Positions 1 to 9,462 of a stretch of DNA of 64,000 bases are shown here, piece after piece. The position numbers and the translations under genes were made by a program. The DNA is from Patescibacteria group bacterium (GTDB lineage Bacteria; Patescibacteriota; Patescibacteriia; SG8-24): NCBI GenBank assembly GCA_041667185.1, contig JBAYFM010000009.1, forward strand, positions 351 to 64,350, read 5' to 3'. The notes beneath the pieces were generated by a model. The model was not told the origin of the DNA and did not search any database. It saw only the letters and a program-made list of their open reading frames with translations. Numbering within the stretch: the stretch's first letter is position 1; each line of letters opens with the position of its first letter.

Positions 1-36
1 TTTGCCTCCGGTTTGAATGACGGCGATGTTGGCCAT
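1..36 (-). CDS. rplU: 50S ribosomal protein L21, N-terminus only (runs off window start)
   Basis: Reverse strand reads MANIAVIQTGGK, matching the L21 N-terminal A-V-I-x-T-G-G-K motif. Confidence 0.8.
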   Translation of the reverse strand, partial: MANIAVIQTGGK

Positions 37-115
37 ATTACGAGAAGTTCTTTAGAAAAAAGGCGCAACCGGGCCATCAAGGCGCCGGCCGACCGTTACG
101 ATGAGCAGGAGCAGT

Positions 116-628
116 TTACCGCTCGGCCCCAACCTTGTCAATATTGATCGTGAGCTTAAGCCCGGTGCGCAGCCCGTGGCGCGCCGCGAACCCCGCCGAC
201 ACTTCCAAAACCTTGTCGATCGGAGACATCGGGAAATACCGCTCCAGCGGCGCTCCGACCGCGGCCGGCGGCACATCCGTCGTGATATCAACGATCTCAT
301 CGCCCTTGATCCAAAGGATATCGATGGCGAATCTCATGTCCTTCATCCAGAAAGCGTAGCGGTCCGCGCGCCCGAAAATGAATAACATGCCTTCTGCGGC
401 CCCCAGCGCTTCCCGGCCGGACAGGCCTTTTTCCCTGGTCGCGGGCGTCGAAGCGACATCGGCCGCGATTTTGATCCGCTCGTCGATCACGACCTCGGCG
501 CGGGCGAACGTCCGCTGCTGCCAGGCGACGAATCCAGCGACCGCGAGCATCACTAAAAGCATGGTCAGGGAAAAGACCAGTTTATTGCGGGACATGTTGT
601 TTTCCGGTTGTTCTTTCAACATGGTCAT
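116..628 (-). CDS. DUF192 family protein with N-terminal membrane anchor
   Basis: Motifs GLSGRE, GMLFIF, FWMKDMRFAIDILWI, VLEVSAG; ATGA overlap with upstream gene. Confidence 0.9.
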   Translation of the reverse strand: MTMLKEQPENNMSRNKLVFSLTMLLVMLAVAGFVAWQQRTFARAEVVIDERIKIAADVASTPATREKGLSGREALGAAEGMLFIFGRADRYAFWMKDMRFAIDILWIKGDEIVDITTDVPPAAVGAPLERYFPMSPIDKVLEVSAGFAARHGLRTGLKLTINIDKVGAER

Positions 629-1746
629 TCAGGCTGCTGATCTTCTGGGATCGAATCATTCGCCGCTGGCCGAGTCCGACGCCGCCAAGCCGTCCAGAAC
701 GACAGGACGGCCGCGATCAGGCTCGCGATGAGTCCGAGGGCGACGATCTTCTCCCAGCCCTGGAGGAACAGCGTGGCTGAACCGAACAGGGCGGCCGCGA
801 AATAATAGAACAGCACGGTCTGCCGCTGCGACAGGCCCATGTCGATCAGCCGGAAATGCAGATGCGTCCGGTCGCCGGTGGCCATGGAGCGACGATACCA
901 GAAGATGCGCCGCGCCACAACGACAACAGTATCGAAGATCGGCAGGCCGAGAACGAGGAGCGCCGTGGCGATCTTGCCGCCCGAGATGATGGCGAGCGTG
1001 CCGAGCAGGAAACCGGCCAGCGTGGAGCCGCCCTCGCCCAAAAAGATCCGCGCCGGATTGAAATTGAAGATCAGGAAGCCGGCGAAGGCTCCGGCGACCG
1101 CGAACGCCAGGAGCGCCGTGTCCGGCTGGGCGACCTCCTTCATCAGACTCACGGCCGCGATGATGAGCGCCCCGATGACGGTGACGCCGCTCACGAGTCC
1201 GTCGAGCCCGTCGAGGAGCTTGGTCGTGTAGATCATGCCCAGAAGCCAGCAGAACGAGAACAGGTCGGCGATGAGCGTCAGTCTGTACGGCAGGCCGTCC
1301 CACCACAGGACCGTGAACTGCTGGCGGTCCAGGTAGATCTGGCCGCCGAACGGATTCGTGACGTAGCCCACGCCGATGCCGCTCGCCACCACGATGAGCG
1401 CAGCCAGCGCCGGCCAGATGATCTGGCGCGACGGACGCAGATCGAACTTGTCGTCGAGCGAACCGCCAAAAATGAGGATCAGCGCGGCCAAAAGCAGGCC
1501 GGCCAGATATTTCAATCTGATATGCAGCGCCGGCAGCCAACCCAGCCAGAGGCACAGACCGACGGCGGCCGCGAGGCCGGCGAAAACAGCGATGCCGCCG
1601 AGAAGCGGCGTCGGCCGCTGATGGATCTTGCGCGGCAAAACCGGCGCGTCGAGCACGTCAAAATGCCGGGCTAACCTGATCACGAGCGGCGTGGCCAGGG
1701 CGGAAACGGCGAATGATGCCAGAATGACGGCCAAAAACGGCAGCAT
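625..1746 (-). CDS. MraY-superfamily undecaprenyl-phosphate GlcNAc-1-phosphate transferase (WecA/TagO type)
   Basis: KIHxxPTPLLGG, DD, LDGLDGL, FNFNPARIFLGEGG, DRTHLHFRL; multiple TM helices. Confidence 0.9.
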   Translation of the reverse strand: MLPFLAVILASFAVSALATPLVIRLARHFDVLDAPVLPRKIHQRPTPLLGGIAVFAGLAAAVGLCLWLGWLPALHIRLKYLAGLLLAALILIFGGSLDDKFDLRPSRQIIWPALAALIVVASGIGVGYVTNPFGGQIYLDRQQFTVLWWDGLPYRLTLIADLFSFCWLLGMIYTTKLLDGLDGLVSGVTVIGALIIAAVSLMKEVAQPDTALLAFAVAGAFAGFLIFNFNPARIFLGEGGSTLAGFLLGTLAIISGGKIATALLVLGLPIFDTVVVVARRIFWYRRSMATGDRTHLHFRLIDMGLSQRQTVLFYYFAAALFGSATLFLQGWEKIVALGLIASLIAAVLSFWTAWRRRTRPAANDSIPEDQQPE

Positions 1747-1869
1747 GATAATTCGCTAGGGGTTAGGGACTGAGGGGGCTAAGTGTTAGGTTTTAGGGAC
1801 TATCACCTACCAACTACCACCTAATTACTAATTGACCGGCCGCGAGAGGCCGGTTTCTTTATCTTGTCG

Positions 1870-2499
1870 CTAATCCAATGGTTTCTCTTCCGACTTTTCG
1901 TTCTTGGATTTGCCGGCGCCATCCCCCACTTTGCCGATCTCGGACAGCAGGACGTTCTCCACGAAGATGCCGCGCGGATAAAAGATGCGCTCCAGTTCGT
2001 TCTTGCAATCCACTTCGACCGAGTCGCGCCGCGTCGAGACGACATCCTGATAATTGTAGCGCGAAGCGATCATGCGCATGCGGCTCCTAATGGTCGGCCG
2101 AACGATCTTCGAGACGAAATCCTCGCCGATGGTCTGCCAGATGGTCGGCACCTGATTGGTGTCGAGCCGCAGCAGCACCGTGCCCTCGACGGAGATCCGC
2201 TGGCCGTCAAGCGTCTGAGCGACGATCGGCGTGTCGCCGAGCGCCTGCTCGTTCTCCGGATTGAACTTGCGGCTGACGGAGTATTCCAGCGTCTGAGTGT
2301 TGAACAGCTTGGCTTTCTGCCAAAATGGGATCTTCAGGTGCAGGCCGGGGGTCAGGACTTTTTTCAGGACGCCGAAACCGAGGTCATAGACGCAGGCCAC
2401 ATAGCCCGGCGGTACATGGATGAACAGGCCTTTGAGCACGTCTTCAACGACGAACGAATACATGATCTTATCCAGGCTTTCGGAGCTTTCTGAAGACAT
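1870..2499 (-). CDS. SPFH/Band 7/prohibitin domain protein
   Basis: PGLHLKIPF, TxDGQxISVEGTV, GIFVENVLLSEI. Confidence 0.85.
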   Translation of the reverse strand: MSSESSESLDKIMYSFVVEDVLKGLFIHVPPGYVACVYDLGFGVLKKVLTPGLHLKIPFWQKAKLFNTQTLEYSVSRKFNPENEQALGDTPIVAQTLDGQRISVEGTVLLRLDTNQVPTIWQTIGEDFVSKIVRPTIRSRMRMIASRYNYQDVVSTRRDSVEVDCKNELERIFYPRGIFVENVLLSEIGKVGDGAGKSKNEKSEEKPLD

Positions 2500-2577
2500 A
2501 ATTTGTGCCTAAATATGCGCTTAAATCGACGCCGATATTGCTTAGGATAGGCTAAAACGGCGCTTTTGGCAATACGT

Positions 2578-2697
2578 GGAAGAGACGGAGTGCGGGAGAG
2601 ACGAAGTGCGGGAGAGACGAAGAGACGGAGCCTGTGACTCTGTCTCTCCCTGACTCCGCCACGTCGCTCGCGAGCGACGTGGCTCCGTCTCTCTCAA
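2578..2697. repeat. GGAGTGCG/GAGACGGA-type short-period inverted array containing a 24-bp palindrome at 2659-2682
   Basis: Purine-rich units followed by complementary units; CCACGTCGCTCGCGAGCGACGTGG flanked by CTCCG on both sides. Confidence 0.85.
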
Positions 2698-2745
2698 CGC
2701 TTCCCCATAATAAAATCCGCCGGCGTTCTGCCGACGGATACCGTC

Positions 2746-3447
2746 TCAACTTTTAGCCGCTTTCTCCGTCCGGAACAGTATCTGCCGCAGCCAGAAGACG
2801 GCCATGGAGAAGAACATCGAGGTCAGGATGAAGATTGACTTGACCGTCGGCAGCAGGAACAGGGCGACCAGCGTGAACAGCGGGAACAGGATCATGTACA
2901 TGACGTCCGAGCGGGTCACGAGATGTTCACGTTTCTTCTGCACCGAATAGATCTGCAGGAACAGCACGACCGCGACGACCGCCGGCCAGAAAATGCCGCG
3001 TTCAGCGAGATCGAAACCTAGGAACATCGTATTGATCTTGGCTGGGATGACGGTCACCCAGGTGTAAAGCGTTTCTTGGGGCGTGAACTTGATGCCGCCG
3101 ATGAAGACCTGATAGATAAGCACGAGGACGACGGCCTGGATGCCGAGGACAAAAACTTTAGCCCAATAATTCACCTTGTGCTGCTGCAAGAGCTCACGGA
3201 TCTTCTCCTTGCGTTTGATGGCGTCGGCTTTGAAGTCGCGCTCAAGGGTGCCGATCTTCTTGTTCAGAGTCTCGTAGCGATAAGCATTGCGCTCATCGAT
3301 GATGGTGAACGGCATGAGAGCAAGACGCAGAGCGACGGTCAGCTCGATGATGGCAACGCCGAAATTCTCGCCCGCAAAGCCCGAATACAGGAAGATCAAG
3401 ACGTTCAGGAGCGGGTTGTAGAGATAATCGTGCCAAAATTGTTCCAT
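2746..3447 (-). CDS. yidC: YidC/Oxa1 membrane protein insertase (short form)
   Basis: LYNPLLNVL, FGVAIIELTVALRLALMPF, FLGFDLA; start moved to the ATG of MEQFW. Confidence 0.8.
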   Translation of the reverse strand: MEQFWHDYLYNPLLNVLIFLYSGFAGENFGVAIIELTVALRLALMPFTIIDERNAYRYETLNKKIGTLERDFKADAIKRKEKIRELLQQHKVNYWAKVFVLGIQAVVLVLIYQVFIGGIKFTPQETLYTWVTVIPAKINTMFLGFDLAERGIFWPAVVAVVLFLQIYSVQKKREHLVTRSDVMYMILFPLFTLVALFLLPTVKSIFILTSMFFSMAVFWLRQILFRTEKAAKS

Positions 3448-3812
3448 AGGTCGGGCTATCCGGTTCGGCGCCGCTAAAAACAACCGTGCGCCTCATCAAT
3501 AAGCCAAAAAGATGCTTTTTGCGCATCCCGGAGACAGTATAATCCAAGATCGCCGTTCGGGCAACCTTTGTGGCTCGGGCCGGAACAGGATTTTTCTATC
3601 GTGCGGCCGGCGTTTGGACTGCCGAAAAAGCGGCGCCAGCTAGGACAGGGATAATAAGGCTATGTTAAGCGCTAATATCTCGCGCAAAACTTGATCAGGG
3701 TTAGGGTGGTCAAGTTTGACAAAGATCGCCTTTTGTTTTGTACTATGGTCGCTCGTCAATATGATCCGCGTGGTTCGATTGACTACAAACGCTCTTTCAA
3801 AAGGAGAAGGGA

Positions 3813-4322
3813 ATGAGTGATTATCAATACGCAAAGGCCCGGGCTCAGATGTATCTCAACAAAATGCGTAACGAGGGTATATCTATCATCCGCTGCGAGT
3901 ATTGCCTCACTGACCTACGTGAGGTGATCACCAAAGGCAACCTCACCCTCGCGGACATTGGTACCAGTGAGGATGAGCTCCGCGAGCTTTGGGTCAAGTG
4001 CTGCAAGTTCAGCGCCCAGCGCTGGCTCGACCACCTGCGTAACGAAACCGTCAATTACGAGTATTGCCTCGATTGCCTGCGCAAAGAGATCGCCAAGGGC
4101 GTCATCACCCTCGAGGACATCGGCACCAGCGAGGAAGAGCTTGGCGAGCTTTGGGTCAAGTGCTGTAAGTTCAGCGCCCAGTGTTGTCTTGAGGATCTAC
4201 GTTACGGAACCGTCGAGTATGAGGCTTGCCTCAACCACTTGCGCGAGGCGGTCGCCAAGGGCGTCATCACCCTTGAGGACATCGGTACCAGCGAGGAAGA
4301 GATCGCTTCTTTCGTACCGTAG
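3813..4322 (+). CDS. Hypothetical Cys-containing tandem-repeat protein (about 3 x 54 aa)
   Basis: 162-nt periodicity (CGAGTATTGCCTC at 3896 and 4058); motif TLxDIGTSEEE three times; SD AAGGAG. Confidence 0.8.
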   Translation: MSDYQYAKARAQMYLNKMRNEGISIIRCEYCLTDLREVITKGNLTLADIGTSEDELRELWVKCCKFSAQRWLDHLRNETVNYEYCLDCLRKEIAKGVITLEDIGTSEEELGELWVKCCKFSAQCCLEDLRYGTVEYEACLNHLREAVAKGVITLEDIGTSEEEIASFVP

Positions 4323-4340
4323 ACAAGCCAAGTTCCCCAC

Positions 4341-4401
4341 ACTCGCGCATCCGCGCGGCAGAGAGCACACTCGCTCTTGCTGTTCGGGTGCGCTTTTTTT
4401 T
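4341..4401 (+). terminator. Branched terminator-like 3' element (second copy at 32242-32303)
   Basis: GCGCAYCCG...CGGGTGCGC outer stem followed by a T run. Confidence 0.6.
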
Positions 4402-4451
4402 CGCGAACGACGTGGTGTTTCTAAAATCAGGGCTTCCAGCCCAAGGGATCT

Positions 4452-6254
4452 TCAACGATCAAACGACATTCTGGCGGCCGAAAAGACGGCGCCAGCGGAG
4501 CGCGGCTCGACGGTCAGGCCGCTGAAACCGCCCGGAACGCCGCGGGTCAGGTTCGTGAAGCCCCAGGCGTCCCAGCGCCACAAGGCCGGCGCCACGACGC
4601 CGCACTCAGGACCGGTCGCGCCATACTCGCCCTCGAGGACCGCGAGCTCCTGGCAGCCGTCGCTGTCAGCATCCGCCAGGACGAACTCGCAATTGGGCCG
4701 GCTGAGCGCGGAAGACTGCCAGAGCGGACGGACGCGCCCGCCAGCCAGGGAAAACACGGCGAAATGGTTCCGGACCGCGGCATCGTCAGCCGCCCAGAAA
4801 GGTTTGGAGCTGCCGAAACTGCCGGCCCGCCAGAAACTGAGCGCAAGCTCGGTGTTCAGGTCGCCGTCGACATCCGCCAGCGCGAAATCATCCACCCACT
4901 GGTCTGCGGGCGAACTCCAGATTGCGCCGTCACGGCCGCTCACGACCAGCCGGCCGACTTTCAAGGAAAATGATTCCTCGGCTCCGTCGCCGTTGATGTC
5001 CGCGGTCGCGATCCTGGAGATCCGGGACGGACCAGTCATCGCAGTCGCGCCGACCGATTCGATCACGGCCGTCGCGTCCGGCTCGAAAGTTCCATTCGCG
5101 GCGTCATAGACGAACGCGGCCCGCTGCCCGAGTCTCGTCCCCAGGCGCGCCAGGATGCGCTCGCGATCAACGCCGGCCGCGGTCTCCGGACGGAACAGAT
5201 CCCCAATGACGATCGGCTGGAACTCGATCCGGACGATCTCCTGGCCGCGCCAGACGATCTTGGCCATGAGTCCGTCCCTGGTCTCGCGCGACCAGCCCTG
5301 ATCGAAAACGAAATTTCCGAGACTGTAGATGATCGGCTTGCCGGCATAGGTCTCGACGGTCTGGACGACGTGCGGATGGTGGCCGATGACGAGATCGGCT
5401 CCGGCGTCGATGGCGGCATGAGCGAACGCGGTCTGGCGCCGGTTCGGATCAGGGACATACTCCGTGCCCGAATGCATGGAGACGACGACGATGTCGGCGG
5501 CGGCGCGGGCGGCGGCGATATCAGCTTTCAAATTCTCGATGTCCATGGCTGCGGTCCCGGGATGATCGGCAGCGGCGAAATAACCCGCTGGTACGACATC
5601 GGCGTCGTTGTAAGCCAGGAAAGCGAACCGCAGCCCGGACCTTTCGACGATGGCCGGAGCGCGGGCGGCGGTCGCGTCAGCGCCAGCGCCGGCGTGGGCG
5701 ACGGCGGCGGCATCCAGATATTTCAGCGTCTCCAGGATGCCGGCGGCGCCGAAATTGGGGACGTGGTTATTAGCGAGCGAAAGAACGTCGAAACCGGCCG
5801 AAGCCAGGCTCGCGGCCGCAGCCGGATCGGACCGGAAAACCATCTCCCCGGGCTGGATCGCCCGGCCAGAAAGAAGCGCAGTCTCCAGATTGCCGAAAGT
5901 GATGTCGCCGGCGCGCAAATAATCCCGGACGCGCGCGAACGCGGCTTCCGGACCGCCATTCGCGGCCAGCCGCTGCGCCACGGTCCGCGACAGCATCAGG
6001 TCGCCGACCGCGACGAGCGAGATCTCTGGCTGGGATTCGGGCAGGGCCAGTTTCGCGGCCCGGAACGTTGCGAAAGCCGCGCGCCGCTCGGCGAGCAAGC
6101 CGGCCTCGGCGGCCGCGTCAGCAGCCAGCGGCAACGGAGCCGGATCCGGGATCGCGGCCTCGCCCTCCAGCCGGCTCGCGGCAAACCAGACCGCGGCGAC
6201 AACCGTGGCCGCGGACACGCAGATCAAAGTCGTGGTCCGGGCGCGTCTCTTCAT
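4452..6254 (-). CDS. CapA (PGA_cap) metallophosphoesterase with C-terminal FG-GAP/VCBS-like domain
   Basis: GDLML, GNLE, LANNH, SMHSG, GHHPH, YSLGNFVF; C-terminal ADINGDG, ADVDGD, ADADSDG repeats. Confidence 0.85.
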   Translation of the reverse strand: MKRRARTTTLICVSAATVVAAVWFAASRLEGEAAIPDPAPLPLAADAAAEAGLLAERRAAFATFRAAKLALPESQPEISLVAVGDLMLSRTVAQRLAANGGPEAAFARVRDYLRAGDITFGNLETALLSGRAIQPGEMVFRSDPAAAASLASAGFDVLSLANNHVPNFGAAGILETLKYLDAAAVAHAGAGADATAARAPAIVERSGLRFAFLAYNDADVVPAGYFAAADHPGTAAMDIENLKADIAAARAAADIVVVSMHSGTEYVPDPNRRQTAFAHAAIDAGADLVIGHHPHVVQTVETYAGKPIIYSLGNFVFDQGWSRETRDGLMAKIVWRGQEIVRIEFQPIVIGDLFRPETAAGVDRERILARLGTRLGQRAAFVYDAANGTFEPDATAVIESVGATAMTGPSRISRIATADINGDGAEESFSLKVGRLVVSGRDGAIWSSPADQWVDDFALADVDGDLNTELALSFWRAGSFGSSKPFWAADDAAVRNHFAVFSLAGGRVRPLWQSSALSRPNCEFVLADADSDGCQELAVLEGEYGATGPECGVVAPALWRWDAWGFTNLTRGVPGGFSGLTVEPRSAGAVFSAARMSFDR

Positions 6255-8552
6255 TTAATTGGCGGTGGTGAAAGCCTTGACCCAGTCCGGACGTTCCGGC
6301 GTCTTTCCGGTGTCCAGCATCTCGCGCCACTTGGCATCGGTCAGCCGGTCGTTCATCGGCCAGGGGAATTCATAGTAAGAGTAGACGCCGCCCTTCGCCA
6401 GTTTCAGTTCGCCGTCGAGCGGGAAGACGACGAAGATGTTCGAGATGTGGCCGGTCCCCTCCTCAAGCACCTGACCGTTGGGATCGGTCGCCACGTCGGC
6501 CACGAGCGCGGCCGGATTATTGTCGAGATAGGACGAACTGCTCGCCTGCGCCGCCGCGATCTCCGCGGCGTTGATCTCATACCACAGATGCTCCAGCTGG
6601 CCGCCGAACGAACGGATGAATTCGTAGTCCTCGGCGCTGAGCGGCAGGACGGCCAATTCCTTTTCGGAAATGACCAAGAGCTTCCGCAGCAGCTCGGACA
6701 TCAGATCAAGATTGGCGGCTGACGGCGCATCCAGAAGCCCGCGCGCTTCGAGCCCGCGCTTGGTCATGGCCGTGAGCGCCAGGAGCCGCGCGTAGACCTC
6801 CGGCTCCGGCTGCACGTACCCGCGATCATCGCGCAGACGTTCGTCCAAACCCGCCCCGCCCAGCTCCGCGTAGACCTGTTTGGCGTACAGGATGGTGTCG
6901 TGCTTGAGTTCGGTCCAGCTGCCGAGCACGGACTCGAGATCCTTCCTGGCCCAAGCGGCATTCGTCATGAAACTCGGCCAGCCGGCGCCCTTCGCCGCAA
7001 CGAGCGGCCGCAGCGAATACAGCCAGCCCCAGTACAGATTCTGCGTCCAGACCTCGTCGCCGAGACCGCTGATGTAGGTCCGCAGCTTGCTCATGTTCTC
7101 GGGGTAGTCCTTGAAATCAGTCGCGCCGGCGCTCCGGAGCAGCGCGTAAGCCTCCTCCGAGCCGAGCGCGGCCGGGATATCGAGGCCTTTCGGCAGCATC
7201 CGCCTTGCGCCCTGCGGGTTCTCTTTGACCTCGCGATAAATCAGGCGCTGGAAGATGGAAGCGTCGATGGTGAACCGCTGTCCCATCAGCCGGAAACCCC
7301 TGATCTCCTTCTCGCGGTCGGGGCTGATGGTCTCGTCGAAGATCGGCATCGAGTTGAGCTGCGGCGGTTCGAGCGCCGCGAGAGCGGTCTGCAACTTGCC
7401 GAAACCAGCCTCGTCAGCGGCCAAGGCGGAGGCGTCGGCGTCCGCGCCGTAGGCCGACGCGAGCGCTTTGACGAATTCGTGATAACCGATGTCATCGCTC
7501 TTCCCGACGAAGAACGCGGTCGGTTCGTAGATCGCGTCCCAGTGCGCGAGCGCCGCGCCGTCGGCGCGCAAAGCCGCGGCCATGAGCGCGGCCGAGCGGA
7601 CCTCGTCGGCGGTCTTGAACCGGAAGTTCATCCGGCCGTACCACATCATGGCTCTGAAGTACGACTTCAGCAGTTCGGATTTTTCATAATGCCCGCGCGG
7701 CACGTACTGCGAATAATCCTCGAGGTAGGCGTCGCCGAGCTTCGGCGGCGGACCCGAACTCCGCTCCGCTCCCATGTTCATCATCGGCGATTCCTTGATG
7801 CCGGCGTGAGCGGCGATGAGATCGAGTTCGGCCGCGACCTCGGGCCGGACCTCGGCCGGAGTTTCCGCGGCGCCATTGAGCAGCTTCGCCGCCACGGCGA
7901 AAAAAGCGACGTTGCGTTTCGCGGCATTCTCCCAGGCCGTGCCTTTGAGTCCAGTCAACTGTTCCCGCGAGGCACGCAACAGCCGCGTTGTCAGCGCCCG
8001 GGCTTCGGCCGACAGTTTGCCGGTCTCGAGCTGCTGCAGCAGGTTGTCGAACATCAGGTGATAATTATGGACCACGGCATCGACAGTCACGAAACTCGGC
8101 AGTTTATCATAGCGGTTCTTCTCGTAGAGCTGGAAAAATTCCTTGGTCCAGCCCGGCGTCACGACGAATGCGTTCCGGACGAGCAAATCTTTGGCCGCGT
8201 CGGAGAGATAAAAATCGCCGGCGTTCGGAATATTCCCCAGGTCCGCGCTGACGGCATAGGGTTTGCCGGCCGGTTTCACGTTCGCAACCACCGGTTCATA
8301 GAGCGCGAATGCTCCAGCGGCCGCGATGCCAGGGATCGGACGCAAGTCGTCAACCGCCTGATCCGGCGCGTTCACGGACGGCGTCGGAACCGCAGCTGGC
8401 TTAAACGGCGAACTGAAATACCAGAAGGTCAGGATGATGGTTCCGCTATAAAGCAGAGAGCCGACCAGGAACTTCAGCCAGGACGGCTGATTTTTCCAGA
8501 TTCCGGCGCTCTTGACCGCCGGAGCGGCGGCCTGATCTTTCGACTGGTCCAT
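6255..8552 (-). CDS. DUF3160 family secreted protein
   Basis: EDYSQYVPRGHY, YFRAMMWYGR, SWTELKHDTILYAKQ, RLTDAKWR; N-terminal TM; start at MDQSK. Confidence 0.85.
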   Translation of the reverse strand: MDQSKDQAAAPAVKSAGIWKNQPSWLKFLVGSLLYSGTIILTFWYFSSPFKPAAVPTPSVNAPDQAVDDLRPIPGIAAAGAFALYEPVVANVKPAGKPYAVSADLGNIPNAGDFYLSDAAKDLLVRNAFVVTPGWTKEFFQLYEKNRYDKLPSFVTVDAVVHNYHLMFDNLLQQLETGKLSAEARALTTRLLRASREQLTGLKGTAWENAAKRNVAFFAVAAKLLNGAAETPAEVRPEVAAELDLIAAHAGIKESPMMNMGAERSSGPPPKLGDAYLEDYSQYVPRGHYEKSELLKSYFRAMMWYGRMNFRFKTADEVRSAALMAAALRADGAALAHWDAIYEPTAFFVGKSDDIGYHEFVKALASAYGADADASALAADEAGFGKLQTALAALEPPQLNSMPIFDETISPDREKEIRGFRLMGQRFTIDASIFQRLIYREVKENPQGARRMLPKGLDIPAALGSEEAYALLRSAGATDFKDYPENMSKLRTYISGLGDEVWTQNLYWGWLYSLRPLVAAKGAGWPSFMTNAAWARKDLESVLGSWTELKHDTILYAKQVYAELGGAGLDERLRDDRGYVQPEPEVYARLLALTAMTKRGLEARGLLDAPSAANLDLMSELLRKLLVISEKELAVLPLSAEDYEFIRSFGGQLEHLWYEINAAEIAAAQASSSSYLDNNPAALVADVATDPNGQVLEEGTGHISNIFVVFPLDGELKLAKGGVYSYYEFPWPMNDRLTDAKWREMLDTGKTPERPDWVKAFTTAN

Positions 8553-8639
8553 AGACGTATATATAATGAGTAGCTGCTGCTCGCAGTGTAGCAAATCGCG
8601 ACCTATCCGGTTAGTCGCGGGCCGATCGCTGAGACAAGG

Positions 8640-8895
8640 GTGGGAGTGCGGGAGTGCTGGAGAGACGGAGTAAAAGAGTTTGGGAGAGTGCTGGAGTGCT
8701 GGAGTGTTGGAGTGTAAGAGCTTTTGTCGGGTCTCCCCCACTCCTCCACTCCCGCACTCTCCCGTTCAGTGGATCGAAGAGTGAGGAAGTGCTGGAGTGC
8801 GGGAGAGACGGAGTCAGGAAGTGACGGAGTCTGGGAGAGCTGGATTTCCGTCTGCTCTTTTTCGCCCGGAGAGGCTTTTGACAAAAAGATTTTTA
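8640..8895. repeat. GGAGTGCT-type array with TGTCGGGTCTCCCC core; right part repeated at 9207-9362
   Basis: Octamer periodicity; shared GCTGGATTYCCGYCTGCYCTTTTTCGCCC...TTTTGACAAAAAGATTTTTAT. Confidence 0.8.
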
Positions 8896-8929
8896 TGCTA
8901 GACTCTGGTCCAGAATAAGGAGGTTCATC

Positions 8930-9079
8930 ATGAAGTATGTGAAGCCGATCCTGAAGATCTTCAACCCGTTCATTTTTATCATCAACTTCTTCAGGTACCT
9001 GGCGCATGCCGAGACCTATCGCGGGATGCCGGCCCGTTATGAGGCCTGCGATTTCGGCCGGGATCTGAAGTACTTCTAA
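8930..9079 (+). CDS. Small 49-aa protein (not in ORF track)
   Basis: MKYVKPILKIFNPFIFIINFFRYLAHAETYRGMPARYEACDFGRDLKYF; SD TAAGGAGGT; upstream TTGACA; downstream terminator. Confidence 0.65.
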   Translation: MKYVKPILKIFNPFIFIINFFRYLAHAETYRGMPARYEACDFGRDLKYF

Positions 9080-9114
9080 GGTCAACGTTATCGGAAACAA
9101 CGCCGACCAGATGC

Positions 9115-9141
9115 AAACGGACTGCGAGCAGTCCGTTTTTT
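9115..9141 (+). terminator. Rho-independent terminator
   Basis: AAACGGACTGC-GA-GCAGTCCGTTT followed by a T run. Confidence 0.75.
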
Positions 9142-9202
9142 ATTGTCCCAAAACCCCGGATTTTGGAAGTCGCTCGCTGAATATTGGCCGATTGTGCCCA
9201 TT

Positions 9203-9362
9203 GGGAGAGTGAGGAAGTGTGGGAGTGCTGAAGTTCTGAAGTGCGGGAGTTCTGGAGTTCTGGAGTGCTGGAGTGCAGGAGAGACGGAGATGCGGAGGGT
9301 GGGGCTGGATTCCCGCCTGCCCTTTTTCGCCCTGAGAAATTTTTGACAAAAAAGATTTTTTA
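9203..9362. repeat. Octamer array plus duplicated promoter-bearing segment
   Basis: GAGTTCTG/GAGTGCTG units; direct-repeat homolog of 8780-8895. Confidence 0.8.
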
Positions 9363-9462
9363 TCACCTGGTGTCAGGCATTCATTTTCGTCGTTCGCGAA
9401 CGACGCGACGAAGACAAAAAAAGCGGCCGAGCTAAGCTCGACCGCCTGAGGCTGTCCGGAAA

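Noticed and set aside
8553-8741. N-terminal extensions reading through octamer arrays (also 14106-14249)
   Set aside because: LQHS/TPAL-type translations are artefacts of the repeats; true starts lie downstream
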